Virus record (IMG/VR): IMGVR_UViG_3300035208_004923
Coordinates: 288,001 to 352,000 of that record
Strand: one strand, 5' to 3'
Length of the DNA stretch: 64,000 bases
DNA from: a virus
Lineage: Duplodnaviria > Caudoviricetes
Made by a program: the position numbers and the translations under genes. Of the stretch, positions 9,690-18,617 are shown piece by piece (the stretch's first letter is position 1; each line of letters starts with the position of its first letter). Below the pieces are notes generated by a model. It was given only the letters and a program-made list of their open reading frames with translations. It was not told the DNA's origin and searched no databases.

Positions 9690-11115
9690 TTATCCTCTAT
9701 GTTGTGTATATCGAAACTTTCCTTTATTCATGTTGTAATTCGGTTGTAACCGCAAATTTGCATTTTGTTCTTTTCTTTGTTTTTTGCTTTGTTTTTTATG
9801 ATTTTGTACAGATGTAATTTGTTTGACAATTTTTTTAACTTTTGGCGTATGCAACTTTGAAATTAATTCACGAGTTTTTGCTTCCATTTTTAAAAGATTT
9901 TGTCTGAACTGTTCGCGTGAACTTATATATAAATATGTTTCAAATGCAAAATGCATAAATGCAAACATGTAATGAAAAATACTCACAAGAATGACAATTA
10001 TTGGATATGCAATAAAGCGAGCACCAATATCAGTTCCAATTTCTGTCCAAAGTTTACCCATTCTTAACCAGTGAACAAATTCCTTTAAAAGGAATATTTT
10101 CAATAAAGTGATTTTATTACTTTCCATAATTATTTTGTTACTTTATAAATTTTTAATAGACCAGGAAACGCTTTAGTTGCTTTATTGAATTCTGATTCTT
10201 TAATGCGAATTTCTTTCCATTCTTTAATTGTAGGAATTATTTGTGCGCTCCATTTGTCAGGAATGTAATTTGTTTCCCAACGTTGGTACATGTTTATTGT
10301 ATCAAAGACAAATTTGAATTCATCAATAGCAAACTTTGTGATATCATCTTCACTTTTAAATTTAACGGCAATTTGCGTTGAATCAATTAATTTAATAAAA
10401 GAATAATGCTTATGAATAACATATGCATTTGATTTTTTCTTAGGAGCAACAACTTTAGATATTGAAGTAACGTTATTTGCAATTGTTGTGTCGCATTTAT
10501 AAAAGACGGTATCAGCACCAACAACAATTGGTTCTAAACCTTCGATTCTTACAGCTTCACTTTTTACTTTTAATGATTTTAATCGAATTGATGTTACAAT
10601 TGCATTGGAGAGAATTAATGCAATAAGAAATACGATTGCGCTAACAAATCGTGCATTCGGGTCGCCATGATCTTTTCTAAAAATACATGCTAATAGGATA
10701 AACGTTAAAACGCCAGTAATGATTGTTGTGTACATACAATAGTTTTTAAGATATGAATAATTATTTTTATATTTATATTATATACAGAAATACGAAAAAG
10801 TTTCAATTATTTGCCGAAACCTTCTGCAATACTTCTTAATGTTTTTGAAATGTTAAGTAAACCGTTGCCAACAAAATCATGATACGGATTATGTCCGTCA
10901 AGACCGACTTTTGTTTTTTGAAATTCAGCAATTAATTCTCTTTGTTCAAATGAGAAATTTTCACAATCCCAAAAATCAAACATCAAGCAATTAAATCCAA
11001 GCCAGTTAAATGGCCATCCGTCTCTCCACAATTTTGCATTATTATACGAAAGATTTTTATCATTGAAAATTTCTTCCATATAATTTAACGATTCTTCTTT
11101 ACTTTTGATTGCCAT
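9690..11115 (-). other. Hypothetical CDS 9690-10127 and 10130-10735 (membrane), 10807-11115
   Basis: Packed ORFs with hydrophobic segments, preceded by class 2/class 1 promoters. Confidence 0.6.
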
Positions 11116-11139
11116 AATCTTTATGTATTTGTTTAATTG

Positions 11140-11237
11140 TTAAAATCAAATATACAACATTAATGAAGCAATAGCAATAGTTTTATCATTTATTTTAAAC
11201 TAAAAAACCTTGTCAACTTTAGATTGACAAGGTTTTT
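11140..11237 (-). repeat. Terminator plus class 1 promoter cassette, copy A
   Basis: Promoter 11140-11180, linker ttttatcatttattttaaact, hairpin aaaaaccttgtcaa/ttgacaaggttttt; about 95-bp near-duplicate of 11735-11829. Confidence 0.8.
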
Positions 11238-11252
11238 CGTAAGATTTTTATC

Positions 11253-11429
11253 TTATTTCACTGCTGTTGTATCAACAACTGTTGTATCAACATTTGCAGA
11301 ATCAACGGTTACAACTGTTGCAGTATCAACTGATGTGCTATCAGAATTTACAGTACTTTGTGAACCAGATGTACAACTTAAAAATGCAAGAACAATTGCA
11401 GTGCTGATGATTAAAAGAATTCTTTTCAT
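11253..11429 (-). CDS. Small lipoprotein (58 aa; absent from ORF track)
   Basis: MKRILLIISTAIVLAFLS-CTSGSQSTVNSDSTSVDTATVVTVDSANVDTTVVDTTAVK; lipobox FLSC; own class 2 promoter and downstream hairpin. Confidence 0.8.
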   Translation of the reverse strand: MKRILLIISTAIVLAFLSCTSGSQSTVNSDSTSVDTATVVTVDSANVDTTVVDTTAVK

Positions 11430-11522
11430 AATAAATGATTTAAAATTTTAATTAATTGATTGTTTGAGTATTATATATACACGAAGTTTTTTTAGTTTCA
11501 TATTTTTGCAAATACTTTGCAA

Positions 11523-11711
11523 TTATTTTGAACCTAACAACGCACTGCAAAACGCTGCAGTTTTAGGATCTTTATCGAAATTTTTTGTAAAATGATCGTA
11601 AGCAAATTTTATTTTTGCAGCAGGCAACTTTGAATCCTCATTAATATGTTTTGCATATTGTGTTCCTATGAACATTTCATTTAACATTTCGACTTTTGTT
11701 TTTGCTTTCAT
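11523..11711 (-). CDS. Hypothetical early protein
   Basis: Directly downstream of a class 1 promoter. Confidence 0.6.
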   Translation of the reverse strand: MKAKTKVEMLNEMFIGTQYAKHINEDSKLPAAKIKFAYDHFTKNFDKDPKTAAFCSALLGSK

Positions 11712-11734
11712 AATTTCAATTTTTTAGTAATTGT

Positions 11735-11829
11735 TTAAAATCAAATATACAACATATATGATGTAATAGCAATAGTTTTATCATTTATTTTAAACTAAAA
11801 AACCTTGCCAATTTCTTGACAAGGTTTTT
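11735..11829 (-). repeat. Terminator plus class 1 promoter cassette, copy B
   Basis: Promoter 11735-11775, same linker, hairpin aaaaaccttg...caaggttttt. Confidence 0.8.
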
Positions 11830-11844
11830 ATTTTTTATTTTGAA

Positions 11845-13008
11845 TTATTTATCATCATCACCCCATGATACACCTGGACACATATCAGTATATGAACTCC
11901 CAAAGTATTCACCAAAGATTCCTGTGAATTTGATTAATGCAACACCTAATCCTTTAACAATTCCCCATACCAAAGATAGACAAATTATTTTCCAAATTAA
12001 AGTTACAAAGATAAAGTATATAACAGGAAACAATACATAATCCCATATTGCAATAACCCCATGACCGAACCATAAGAATGGCTTTGCATATAATGGTACG
12101 TTTCCTTTTTTCTCCCATTGATTAACCGCTTTAATAATCAGTGCACGTATTGAATATAAAAGTAAACCCACAGGTAAGCCGCCAGCAATTCCATAACCCA
12201 ATATTTTACCAACAGTAATCAATACAGCAAGTACAGCAGCGCCATTCCACACAGAAACAAGTGAAAGAACACCCCATGTCAATAATTGACCTAGATATGA
12301 TAATCCAATAGCAACAGCAATAGTAACAACTAATCCAACAAATTGTTTTGTCAGTTTCACTACTTGATTGAAATTTTTAACTTCAAATGTAAATGTATCT
12401 TTCAAAGATTTGCCTATCGGTTTAAATATATCACCAACCGCATTTAATTTTGTTTGAATTTTTTCTCTACGTTCATCACGTTTACGTTCGCGTTCTTGTT
12501 TAGCAGCACGTATTAAATTGTATGCAGAATTTTTTTGTTTCTTCAATTCTTCACGTTCAATTTTAATTTTTTCAAACATTGCAGCTAATTTTTCACGATA
12601 CTCAGGATCATCACGTTTGAGATCATTCGCTTCAGCCCATTCGCCTAACATATAAGAATCGGAATAATTTTCTTTTGCAAACTTAGGACGTTTAATAACT
12701 TCATCTTCATACCAGTTTCCGTAGTACAAATCGAATGCTTCAGCCAATGATAATGTTTTAATCCATCGAGACACTGCGGCTTCTTTAGATTTTCGCCAAG
12801 CAGTTTTAGTGCCGCGAATTAACATGCCAATTAATTTGAATGGCAATACTGGCACCACAAGAATCATGGATGCGATTGTTACCCAAAAATACGGGCAAAG
12901 ATTTTTCAAAGATCTTGGGTCAGGCAACGAATTCCCAAATACAAATTTAATCAACTTGTAATGCCATTGTTTTTCATTTAAAGAAATGAGTTTTACTTTT
13001 TCTTCCAT
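11845..13008 (-). CDS. Multi-pass membrane protein with central coiled coil
   Basis: Several hydrophobic helices; class 2 promoter at 13049. Confidence 0.7.
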   Translation of the reverse strand: MEEKVKLISLNEKQWHYKLIKFVFGNSLPDPRSLKNLCPYFWVTIASMILVVPVLPFKLIGMLIRGTKTAWRKSKEAAVSRWIKTLSLAEAFDLYYGNWYEDEVIKRPKFAKENYSDSYMLGEWAEANDLKRDDPEYREKLAAMFEKIKIEREELKKQKNSAYNLIRAAKQERERKRDERREKIQTKLNAVGDIFKPIGKSLKDTFTFEVKNFNQVVKLTKQFVGLVVTIAVAIGLSYLGQLLTWGVLSLVSVWNGAAVLAVLITVGKILGYGIAGGLPVGLLLYSIRALIIKAVNQWEKKGNVPLYAKPFLWFGHGVIAIWDYVLFPVIYFIFVTLIWKIICLSLVWGIVKGLGVALIKFTGIFGEYFGSSYTDMCPGVSWGDDDK

Positions 13009-13078
13009 AAGGACTTTAAGATTTAATTAAGTTAAATAATATTTGTATATTATATACAAGTATGGTCAATAGTTTTAA

Positions 13079-13107
13079 AAATCAGGAATTTATTTTTCCT
13101 GATTTTC
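13079..13107 (-). terminator. Putative intrinsic terminator closing the radical SAM operon
   Basis: aaaatcaggaa-tttattt-ttcctgatttt inverted repeat followed by a T-run on the minus strand. Confidence 0.6.
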
Positions 13108-13224
13108 GATAATAATACTTAATTGACCGCAAGCAGCACCATTTTTAATTTCTGCTTGTGTAGCAACAGCGATTGCAAAGTCAAACCCTGCGTTTTCCAA
13201 TTGTTTTTTGATGTTTTCGTTCAT
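13090..13224 (-). CDS. 44-aa peptide matching the RlmN/Cfr C-terminal catalytic-Cys segment (absent from ORF track)
   Basis: MNENIKKQLENAGFDFAIAVATQAEIKNGAACGQLSIIIENQEK; AACGQL is the RlmN Cys355 motif; own ATG after an A-rich leader. Confidence 0.8.
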   Translation of the reverse strand: MNENIKKQLENAGFDFAIAVATQAEIKNGAACGQLSIIIENQEK

Positions 13225-13253
13225 GATTTCTAATTTTTATTTGTGAATATTAA

Positions 13254-14141
13254 TTAATAGATTACTTTTCCGTTAAATCCTTCTCTAAGATTTGCGCCAT
13301 CAAAGACAAGTAGATTTGTTGAACAACTAGGTTTTATTGCACACCTAGAATATGTTTGTACTGCATCATAGTTTGTGTTTTTTGGAATGTACATATAATT
13401 GTTGCATTTGCAAATATCTTTATAATGCCATTCTTTTATATTATGCAAGTTATTGTTTGTTTCGATTATTGTGCTAAAATCAACATAATGCGATTTTGCA
13501 TATTCATTCGCTTTCATTAAAGAAACAAATCCTGTATCATGAATTCCCATAGATGCCGCAGCTTCAAGGTATTCTTGTATTTTTTCATTTGAATCAATAT
13601 GACCTTTGATTATGTTACAACTTAAATGCAACTTAAATTTGTCAGTTGTATTTTTTTGTATTCTTGTAATATCTTTATCTGTTGGTGCATTGAATCCCAA
13701 TATCGTATTATTAATATCATTATCAAAATGATGTCGGCTTAACGATATGCTATTTAGATATTTATCAAGTCCTAACGAATACAATTCATTTAAATTTAAC
13801 CCATTAGTATTCAGCACACGAAATGCCGAAGGTACTTTTTTTCTAGCAACATTAACAGCAGCAATAAGATTTCCAAGTTTCAATGTAGGTTCACCACCTG
13901 TAAATGAAATTTTGCGAATTTCGATTTTTTTTGAAACTTCGGTTATTGCATCTGTGAAAGCGCTCAAATCAAAATATGTTGCAACATCTTTAAATTCGCA
14001 GAACGGACAATTTGCATTGCATCCTCTAAATTGAACATACATGTTTACGTATGGACGTTCAACAGGACATTTAGCATATCCTTTTTGTTCGCAATAATAA
14101 TCCTTTAGTTGGATTGTTTTATCAAAAAGTTTAAATTCCAT
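13254..14141 (-). CDS. Radical SAM protein
   Basis: CNANCPFC, ISFTGGEPTL, LNTNG, ISLSRHH. Confidence 0.9.
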   Translation of the reverse strand: MEFKLFDKTIQLKDYYCEQKGYAKCPVERPYVNMYVQFRGCNANCPFCEFKDVATYFDLSAFTDAITEVSKKIEIRKISFTGGEPTLKLGNLIAAVNVARKKVPSAFRVLNTNGLNLNELYSLGLDKYLNSISLSRHHFDNDINNTILGFNAPTDKDITRIQKNTTDKFKLHLSCNIIKGHIDSNEKIQEYLEAAASMGIHDTGFVSLMKANEYAKSHYVDFSTIIETNNNLHNIKEWHYKDICKCNNYMYIPKNTNYDAVQTYSRCAIKPSCSTNLLVFDGANLREGFNGKVIY

Positions 14142-14147
14142 AGCGAT

Positions 14148-14480
14148 TTAACATCTGCTTATACTTGAACTGCTACTACGACCACAAGGATCTACCAATA
14201 CACGACGTTCAACACGGACTGGTTCTAATCTTGTTTTTAAGCTAGAAATTTCTTTTTCTAATTTATCAATTTCGCCCTTGAATCCTTGAATCAGCTGTTT
14301 CTTTGCATCAATAGCGGCTTCAATTTCTTTATCTCTTAAGAATGCATCTAATGCTTCAATCGAAATTTGTCCGGAATTAACAAAAAGACTAGTTGCGTGA
14401 TTTCTGAATTTGCTAAAATCGTTATTTTTTTCTAACCAGAATTTTAAGTATTCTGTTAAGAAAGTTTTTTCGTTTGCCAT
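14148..14480 (-). CDS. Coiled-coil protein with Cys/Ser tail (DPCGRSSSSSISRC)
   Basis: ORF between the two radical SAM genes. Confidence 0.7.
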   Translation of the reverse strand: MANEKTFLTEYLKFWLEKNNDFSKFRNHATSLFVNSGQISIEALDAFLRDKEIEAAIDAKKQLIQGFKGEIDKLEKEISSLKTRLEPVRVERRVLVDPCGRSSSSSISRC

Positions 14481-14486
14481 TTGCTT

Positions 14487-15275
14487 TTATTTTAAATTTA
14501 TACCTTCGATAACGCCAAGTCCTAAATCATTTGATTCTGATGTTTCATTCGGATTAATTGGACTTAATTTTATGAAAAACTTTTCAGTGTTAAAATGTTT
14601 TACTAATTCTGCAATATCAAAATCAGATTCATCAACCAATGTAAGATTTAACGTAGTTTTTAAATTGCTTTCAGTTCGAATTTTACCAAGTTCCGCAATT
14701 GTTAATTTATTTTTAAATGGAATCAACCAATTACGTTTTTCCTCAACAAAACTGTGTATACTTATTTGTAATGTAATATTACCTTTTATCCAAGAATAAT
14801 CGGCATCTTTAATTCCGATTGTTGATACATAATGATGAACGTTCGGATATAATTCAGTTATTTTTGCAATTGCTTCTTTTACATTTTTTATGTTTAAAAA
14901 AGGTTCGCCCATTCGTGTCCAATTGATTTTAAACTCAAATGAATCTTTCGGGTTAATACCAGGGTTTGACTCAATAATGAACTTTACTTGATTTATCATT
15001 TCATCGGCAGTCAGATTTCTGTATTTTTTCAATTTGCCTGTTGCACAAAACTTACAACGAACAGGACATCCTGACATTGTCGATACACCTATCATCCAAC
15101 GTTCAGCACGTGTGCCAAGTTCTTCAGAATCAAGACAATTTTGTTTACGTCCAATTGCATCTTTTGTGTACGATGGCAAAAATGTATCGGTTGTTTCGAT
15201 TAAATATCCATCGGATGTTCTTAATGCATATACAATACCGTTTGCGAATTCTTTCTTTTTAATAACTTCTATCAT
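14487..15275 (-). CDS. RlmN/Cfr-like radical SAM enzyme, C-terminally truncated
   Basis: IET, VSTMSGCPVRCKFCATG, RNLTADEM..QV, MGEP, VSTIG, LQISIHS; ends without AACGQL. Confidence 0.85.
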   Translation of the reverse strand: MIEVIKKKEFANGIVYALRTSDGYLIETTDTFLPSYTKDAIGRKQNCLDSEELGTRAERWMIGVSTMSGCPVRCKFCATGKLKKYRNLTADEMINQVKFIIESNPGINPKDSFEFKINWTRMGEPFLNIKNVKEAIAKITELYPNVHHYVSTIGIKDADYSWIKGNITLQISIHSFVEEKRNWLIPFKNKLTIAELGKIRTESNLKTTLNLTLVDESDFDIAELVKHFNTEKFFIKLSPINPNETSESNDLGLGVIEGINLK

Positions 15276-15316
15276 ATCAATTATTTTAATTTTATTTTAT
15301 TTTATATACAGAACAA

Positions 15317-15837
15317 TTATTTAGTTTTATATTTAGTAGGCATATTATCAGGATATCCTAATGAAGCTTTAATAGTTTCGATTATGTTGTATATTTCTTC
15401 CTTTCCTTCTTCAAGTTCTTCATTTGAAATATGTCCTTGCGCTTGTTGCAATCCAGAATGTATAATAAAAGCATTTTCTAATAGTTGAATTACATTATTA
15501 ACTTCTTGCCAAGAACGTTCGCCATTACACATATTTATTGCATTCATATGTATCAATTTTGATAACCGCATTTTTCGCATACTAAACCTGATACCATCAT
15601 TTGTCCGCAATTAGGGCATTCGATTGAATTTCTATCTTTTGGGATTTTCGATTGTTTCTCAAGTTGTTTCATAAGCCATTTCATCAAAGTTGATTCATAT
15701 TTAGGATTGCCGTGAACGAAAACTACATTATCCGATGTTTCAGTATCGAAACTTATTGACTCAATAACAGGTGCTGGTTTTGAATAATCAGTTATAAAAT
15801 GATATTCCTTTTCAAACTTTAGTTTATCGTTTTCCAT
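15317..15837 (-). other. Two hypothetical CDS (15317 to about 15548; 15553-15837 with C-terminal CxxC..CxxC Zn ribbon)
   Basis: ORF track; CPNCG...CEKCG. Confidence 0.55.
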
Positions 15838-15859
15838 GTTTATGTTTTAAAATAAAAAA

Positions 15860-16100
15860 GCGGCCAACAATAAGATTCGCACTTATTGCTGTCCTTTTAC
15901 GATTCGTCACCGTAAAAGTTAGACCTAATAGATTCCGAGTCTTAACACCTTAACAACCTTGATGCACAAGGCCTTGCCTTCGAACGCTCTACTAACGGAA
16001 ATTGTTGCAGACAATTTCAACGGGACACGTGCTTGATTATTGCTTCCATTTGGGCGTGACCTCCTAGCCTCTCAATCACGAGATATTTATTCGGGCTCGT
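15860..16100 (-). ncRNA. Unidentified structured RNA (~240 nt) downstream of the RNA ligase
   Basis: GC-elevated intergenic tract with at least 4 hairpins (gaaattgt/acaatttc, ccttg/caagg, cttttacg/cgtaaaag, cagcaataag/cttattgttg), two loops ending in CGAAT, then a T-run. Confidence 0.6.
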
Positions 16101-16107
16101 ATTTTGA

Positions 16108-17154
16108 TTATTTTTTGCTATTATCGAGAATGTTCAAAAAATCGGCACGAATCATATTTGACCATTCAGCACCCATTCTTTTTGTAAGTACTTTTTGTTC
16201 TTTTAAATCAAGTGCTTCAAATGATTCTCGTTCATCCTTTAAAAAGTCGTTCATTGTGTCTCCCATGCATTCACCCACAATTTTACCGAACATTTTATCG
16301 TTAAGTTCACCTAATTTTGAAATAACCGCATTTAAACGATTTTCATTAACATATTGCATCAATGTTTCAAGTAATTCATTGCCTGCTTCTGATAATTCGA
16401 TTGCTTCTTTTGGTTGTTTCATTGATTTTTCTCCAGATTTCTTTCCAGTGATTTCAGCATATTTTTCATTTTTGTTTTTGAAAATTACACGGTTACCTGC
16501 CCATGAACGTTTTACTTCAATTGGCTTAATAACAACACCTTCACAAACATTACCTTCAATTTCAGGTAAACCTAATCTTTTAGGAATTGTTGTTGGAAAT
16601 AAATTTGGGTATTTAAGGCATTCGTTAAAAGTTCCTTCGAATAAAGGTTCGTCCCAAAAAATACCGAATTGCTCGCAAAGTTCACCTTTTTGTGTTTCAC
16701 CTAATAAACGTCCATTTACTTTAATATCAAAACAGTAAAATTCATTAGTTGGTGAGTAAAATAAACCTTTTTGTACTGCAGTTGCATGTGGATTTCTTGG
16801 TACATCTGGATGAGGATATGTACCGCCGAAAAGTTCACCGTATACTACAAGTTCGCCAAGGTCAAATTCCATACCAAAATCTTTGATTTCTGATTTGATG
16901 AAATCCCACATAGCAATAATTTTAGGATTTTCTTTTGTTGCAACTTCTTCATAATTGAAAAAGTTTTCAGTTGCATCAATGAATCCTGTTCTTTTTGCAT
17001 ATTTCATTTTTACACCATCATACCAAAATGAAAAATTTGAATTGTGAACAAGAATATCATCGGCAAAAAAGTTATGATTATCTTCAACTTCAATATCATG
17101 TCTTTTTGATTTAATGTCAATTTTTTTAATCGACTTGATTCCAACTATTTCCAT
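16108..17154 (-). CDS. Split intein C-fragment (aa 1-38) fused to RNA ligase 2 C-extein
   Basis: MEIVGIKSIKKIDIKSKRHDIEVEDNHNFFADDILVHN|SNFSFW; ligase motifs VYGELFGG, FYCFDI, EGVVIKP, FKNKNEKYAE, YVNENRLNAVISK. Confidence 0.92.
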   Translation of the reverse strand: MEIVGIKSIKKIDIKSKRHDIEVEDNHNFFADDILVHNSNFSFWYDGVKMKYAKRTGFIDATENFFNYEEVATKENPKIIAMWDFIKSEIKDFGMEFDLGELVVYGELFGGTYPHPDVPRNPHATAVQKGLFYSPTNEFYCFDIKVNGRLLGETQKGELCEQFGIFWDEPLFEGTFNECLKYPNLFPTTIPKRLGLPEIEGNVCEGVVIKPIEVKRSWAGNRVIFKNKNEKYAEITGKKSGEKSMKQPKEAIELSEAGNELLETLMQYVNENRLNAVISKLGELNDKMFGKIVGECMGDTMNDFLKDERESFEALDLKEQKVLTKRMGAEWSNMIRADFLNILDNSKK

Positions 17155-17157
17155 GTT

Positions 17158-18087
17158 TTAATTGTTTATAAAATTAATTATGTTATTTATCGTTTCTTCA
17201 AAATTTTTATTTATGTCGTATTCCCATACAACGCATGTTTTATAGCCTGCAGCTTCTATATAAGAAATACGGTTTTTATCGTGAGTCCAAATATCCACAA
17301 CTGTTCTTGTCGAATTTCTTGGAAATTTGATTACGTCGTTTTCTTTATACTTTCTTGGGTTAGCATGCCAATAATCACCATATGCTTCTATTACTTTATT
17401 TGTGTTCTTAATGAAAATATCAACCCTATAAGGATATACATTATATTCAGTTTTTGTTTCGTACCCTAATTTTAACAATTCATTATTAATTTTTTGTTGC
17501 AGCTTAGATACATTTCCACCAAATTTATTATTCGGTGATTGGATAGGATATCTATATCCGTGTGATTCTTCATAGTTATCAAAAAACTTCTTCGTAAATA
17601 CTGGAGATTGCATATGGCTAGCAAAACCGTATACTTCAATATGATGAGCAATAATTTTTCTTTTTACATCTTCTCTTTGAAATACATTTGTTATATTTTC
17701 ATCATCAAGCAAACGTTGTGTCCATTCCTTTCTTGATGTATGTTCTTTACAAAAGTTATGTTTTGCGCCGTGTCTTTCCAAGTTTGTTGTTTCCGTTTTG
17801 TCTTTGCAACGTTTTTCTTTTTTTGATTCTTTTATACTACGAGTTCCTATGCCATGCGCATTCATTAATTTGTTAACCGAACATGATGAACGAATTCCAT
17901 GTTCATGCGCAATTTCATTACATGATTTCCCGTTTACCCAATGTTCATTATATAGAAATTCCTTTGTTAAAATTTCTTTTTTGTACGTTTGCCATTCCTT
18001 GCATTGCCATTGAAAATGATTTGATATTACATTAGGCCGTGTCACTTCGATTTCTTTTTTGCAAAAAGGACATTGATAAAGTTCCAT
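17158..18087 (-). CDS. Free-standing Vsr/DUF559-like endonuclease between the split-intein halves
   Basis: YRVDIFI..NKVIEAYGDYWHANP...D..R...GYKTCVVWE; N-terminal Zn finger; own late-type promoter. Confidence 0.85.
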   Translation of the reverse strand: MELYQCPFCKKEIEVTRPNVISNHFQWQCKEWQTYKKEILTKEFLYNEHWVNGKSCNEIAHEHGIRSSCSVNKLMNAHGIGTRSIKESKKEKRCKDKTETTNLERHGAKHNFCKEHTSRKEWTQRLLDDENITNVFQREDVKRKIIAHHIEVYGFASHMQSPVFTKKFFDNYEESHGYRYPIQSPNNKFGGNVSKLQQKINNELLKLGYETKTEYNVYPYRVDIFIKNTNKVIEAYGDYWHANPRKYKENDVIKFPRNSTRTVVDIWTHDKNRISYIEAAGYKTCVVWEYDINKNFEETINNIINFINN

Positions 18088-18152
18088 AAAATTTATTTTT
18101 ATTTATATATCAATATTCTTTTGTGAAAAATTGCACAAACTGTAATTTTTCA

Positions 18153-18617
18153 CTAATCTATAAGAACTTTATCATTTGTTGTTAAATCTTTAACTTGTCT
18201 CCAGCAATGTAATTCGGGCAACCAAATATAATGAGACCCTGTGACTTGTATGATTTTGCCATTCGTTGTTTCAATTTCATACCAATCATTGTTATCTTCT
18301 TTAATAGAAAAATTAATAACACGTTTCCATTCAATTTCATTGGTATCAATATTCAAACTTTTGGCATGACAATCAAGTCTTTCTTCAATTATCTTTCCTA
18401 TTGCAAGCTTGCCAAATTCTAAAGTATCAACAAGTGATTCATAAGTAAGACAACCATGCACTTTTTCTGATAATCGCCAAACGCCACCTGCATTGCCTTG
18501 TTCTGTAATTCTGTCAATTTCACGACCACGATATGTGTTCTCAATTTCTGAATATTTCGTAAATTTTCCAGGAACAAATGTATGTTCATTTGTTGTGTTA
18601 ATGATTTGATCTTGCAT
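18153..18617 (-). CDS. RNA ligase 2 N-extein fused to split intein N-fragment (99 aa)
   Basis: FTKYSEIEN...WRLSEKVHG|CLTYESLVDTLEFGKLAIGKII...VTGSHYIW...DKVLID*; motif I KxHG then Cys1 at 18452; block B TxxH. Confidence 0.92.
   Translation of the reverse strand: MQDQIINTTNEHTFVPGKFTKYSEIENTYRGREIDRITEQGNAGGVWRLSEKVHGCLTYESLVDTLEFGKLAIGKIIEERLDCHAKSLNIDTNEIEWKRVINFSIKEDNNDWYEIETTNGKIIQVTGSHYIWLPELHCWRQVKDLTTNDKVLID

Noticed and set aside
13090-13224. Conventional RiPP precursor for the adjacent radical SAM enzyme
   Set aside because: The AACGQL match to the missing RlmN C-terminus explains it better; no RRE/SPASM domain, protease or transporter is evident.
15860-16100. tmRNA, RNase P RNA, riboswitch or group II intron identity for this RNA
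   Set aside because: I could not find their hallmark motifs (GGGG..CCA tRNA-like ends, GAGGAAAGUCC, domain V); left unassigned.
16040-16738. 232-aa + strand ORF and other antisense ORFs (e.g. 3948, 14410, 18941, 19470, 26408, 27819)
   Set aside because: Shadows of well-supported minus-strand genes; Phe/Ser/Ile-rich with no motifs.
17155-18155. Group I intron interrupting the ligase/intein
   Set aside because: The endonuclease ORF fills almost the whole gap, leaving no room for a ribozyme core; both halves have proper stop/start codons at the canonical split-intein position.
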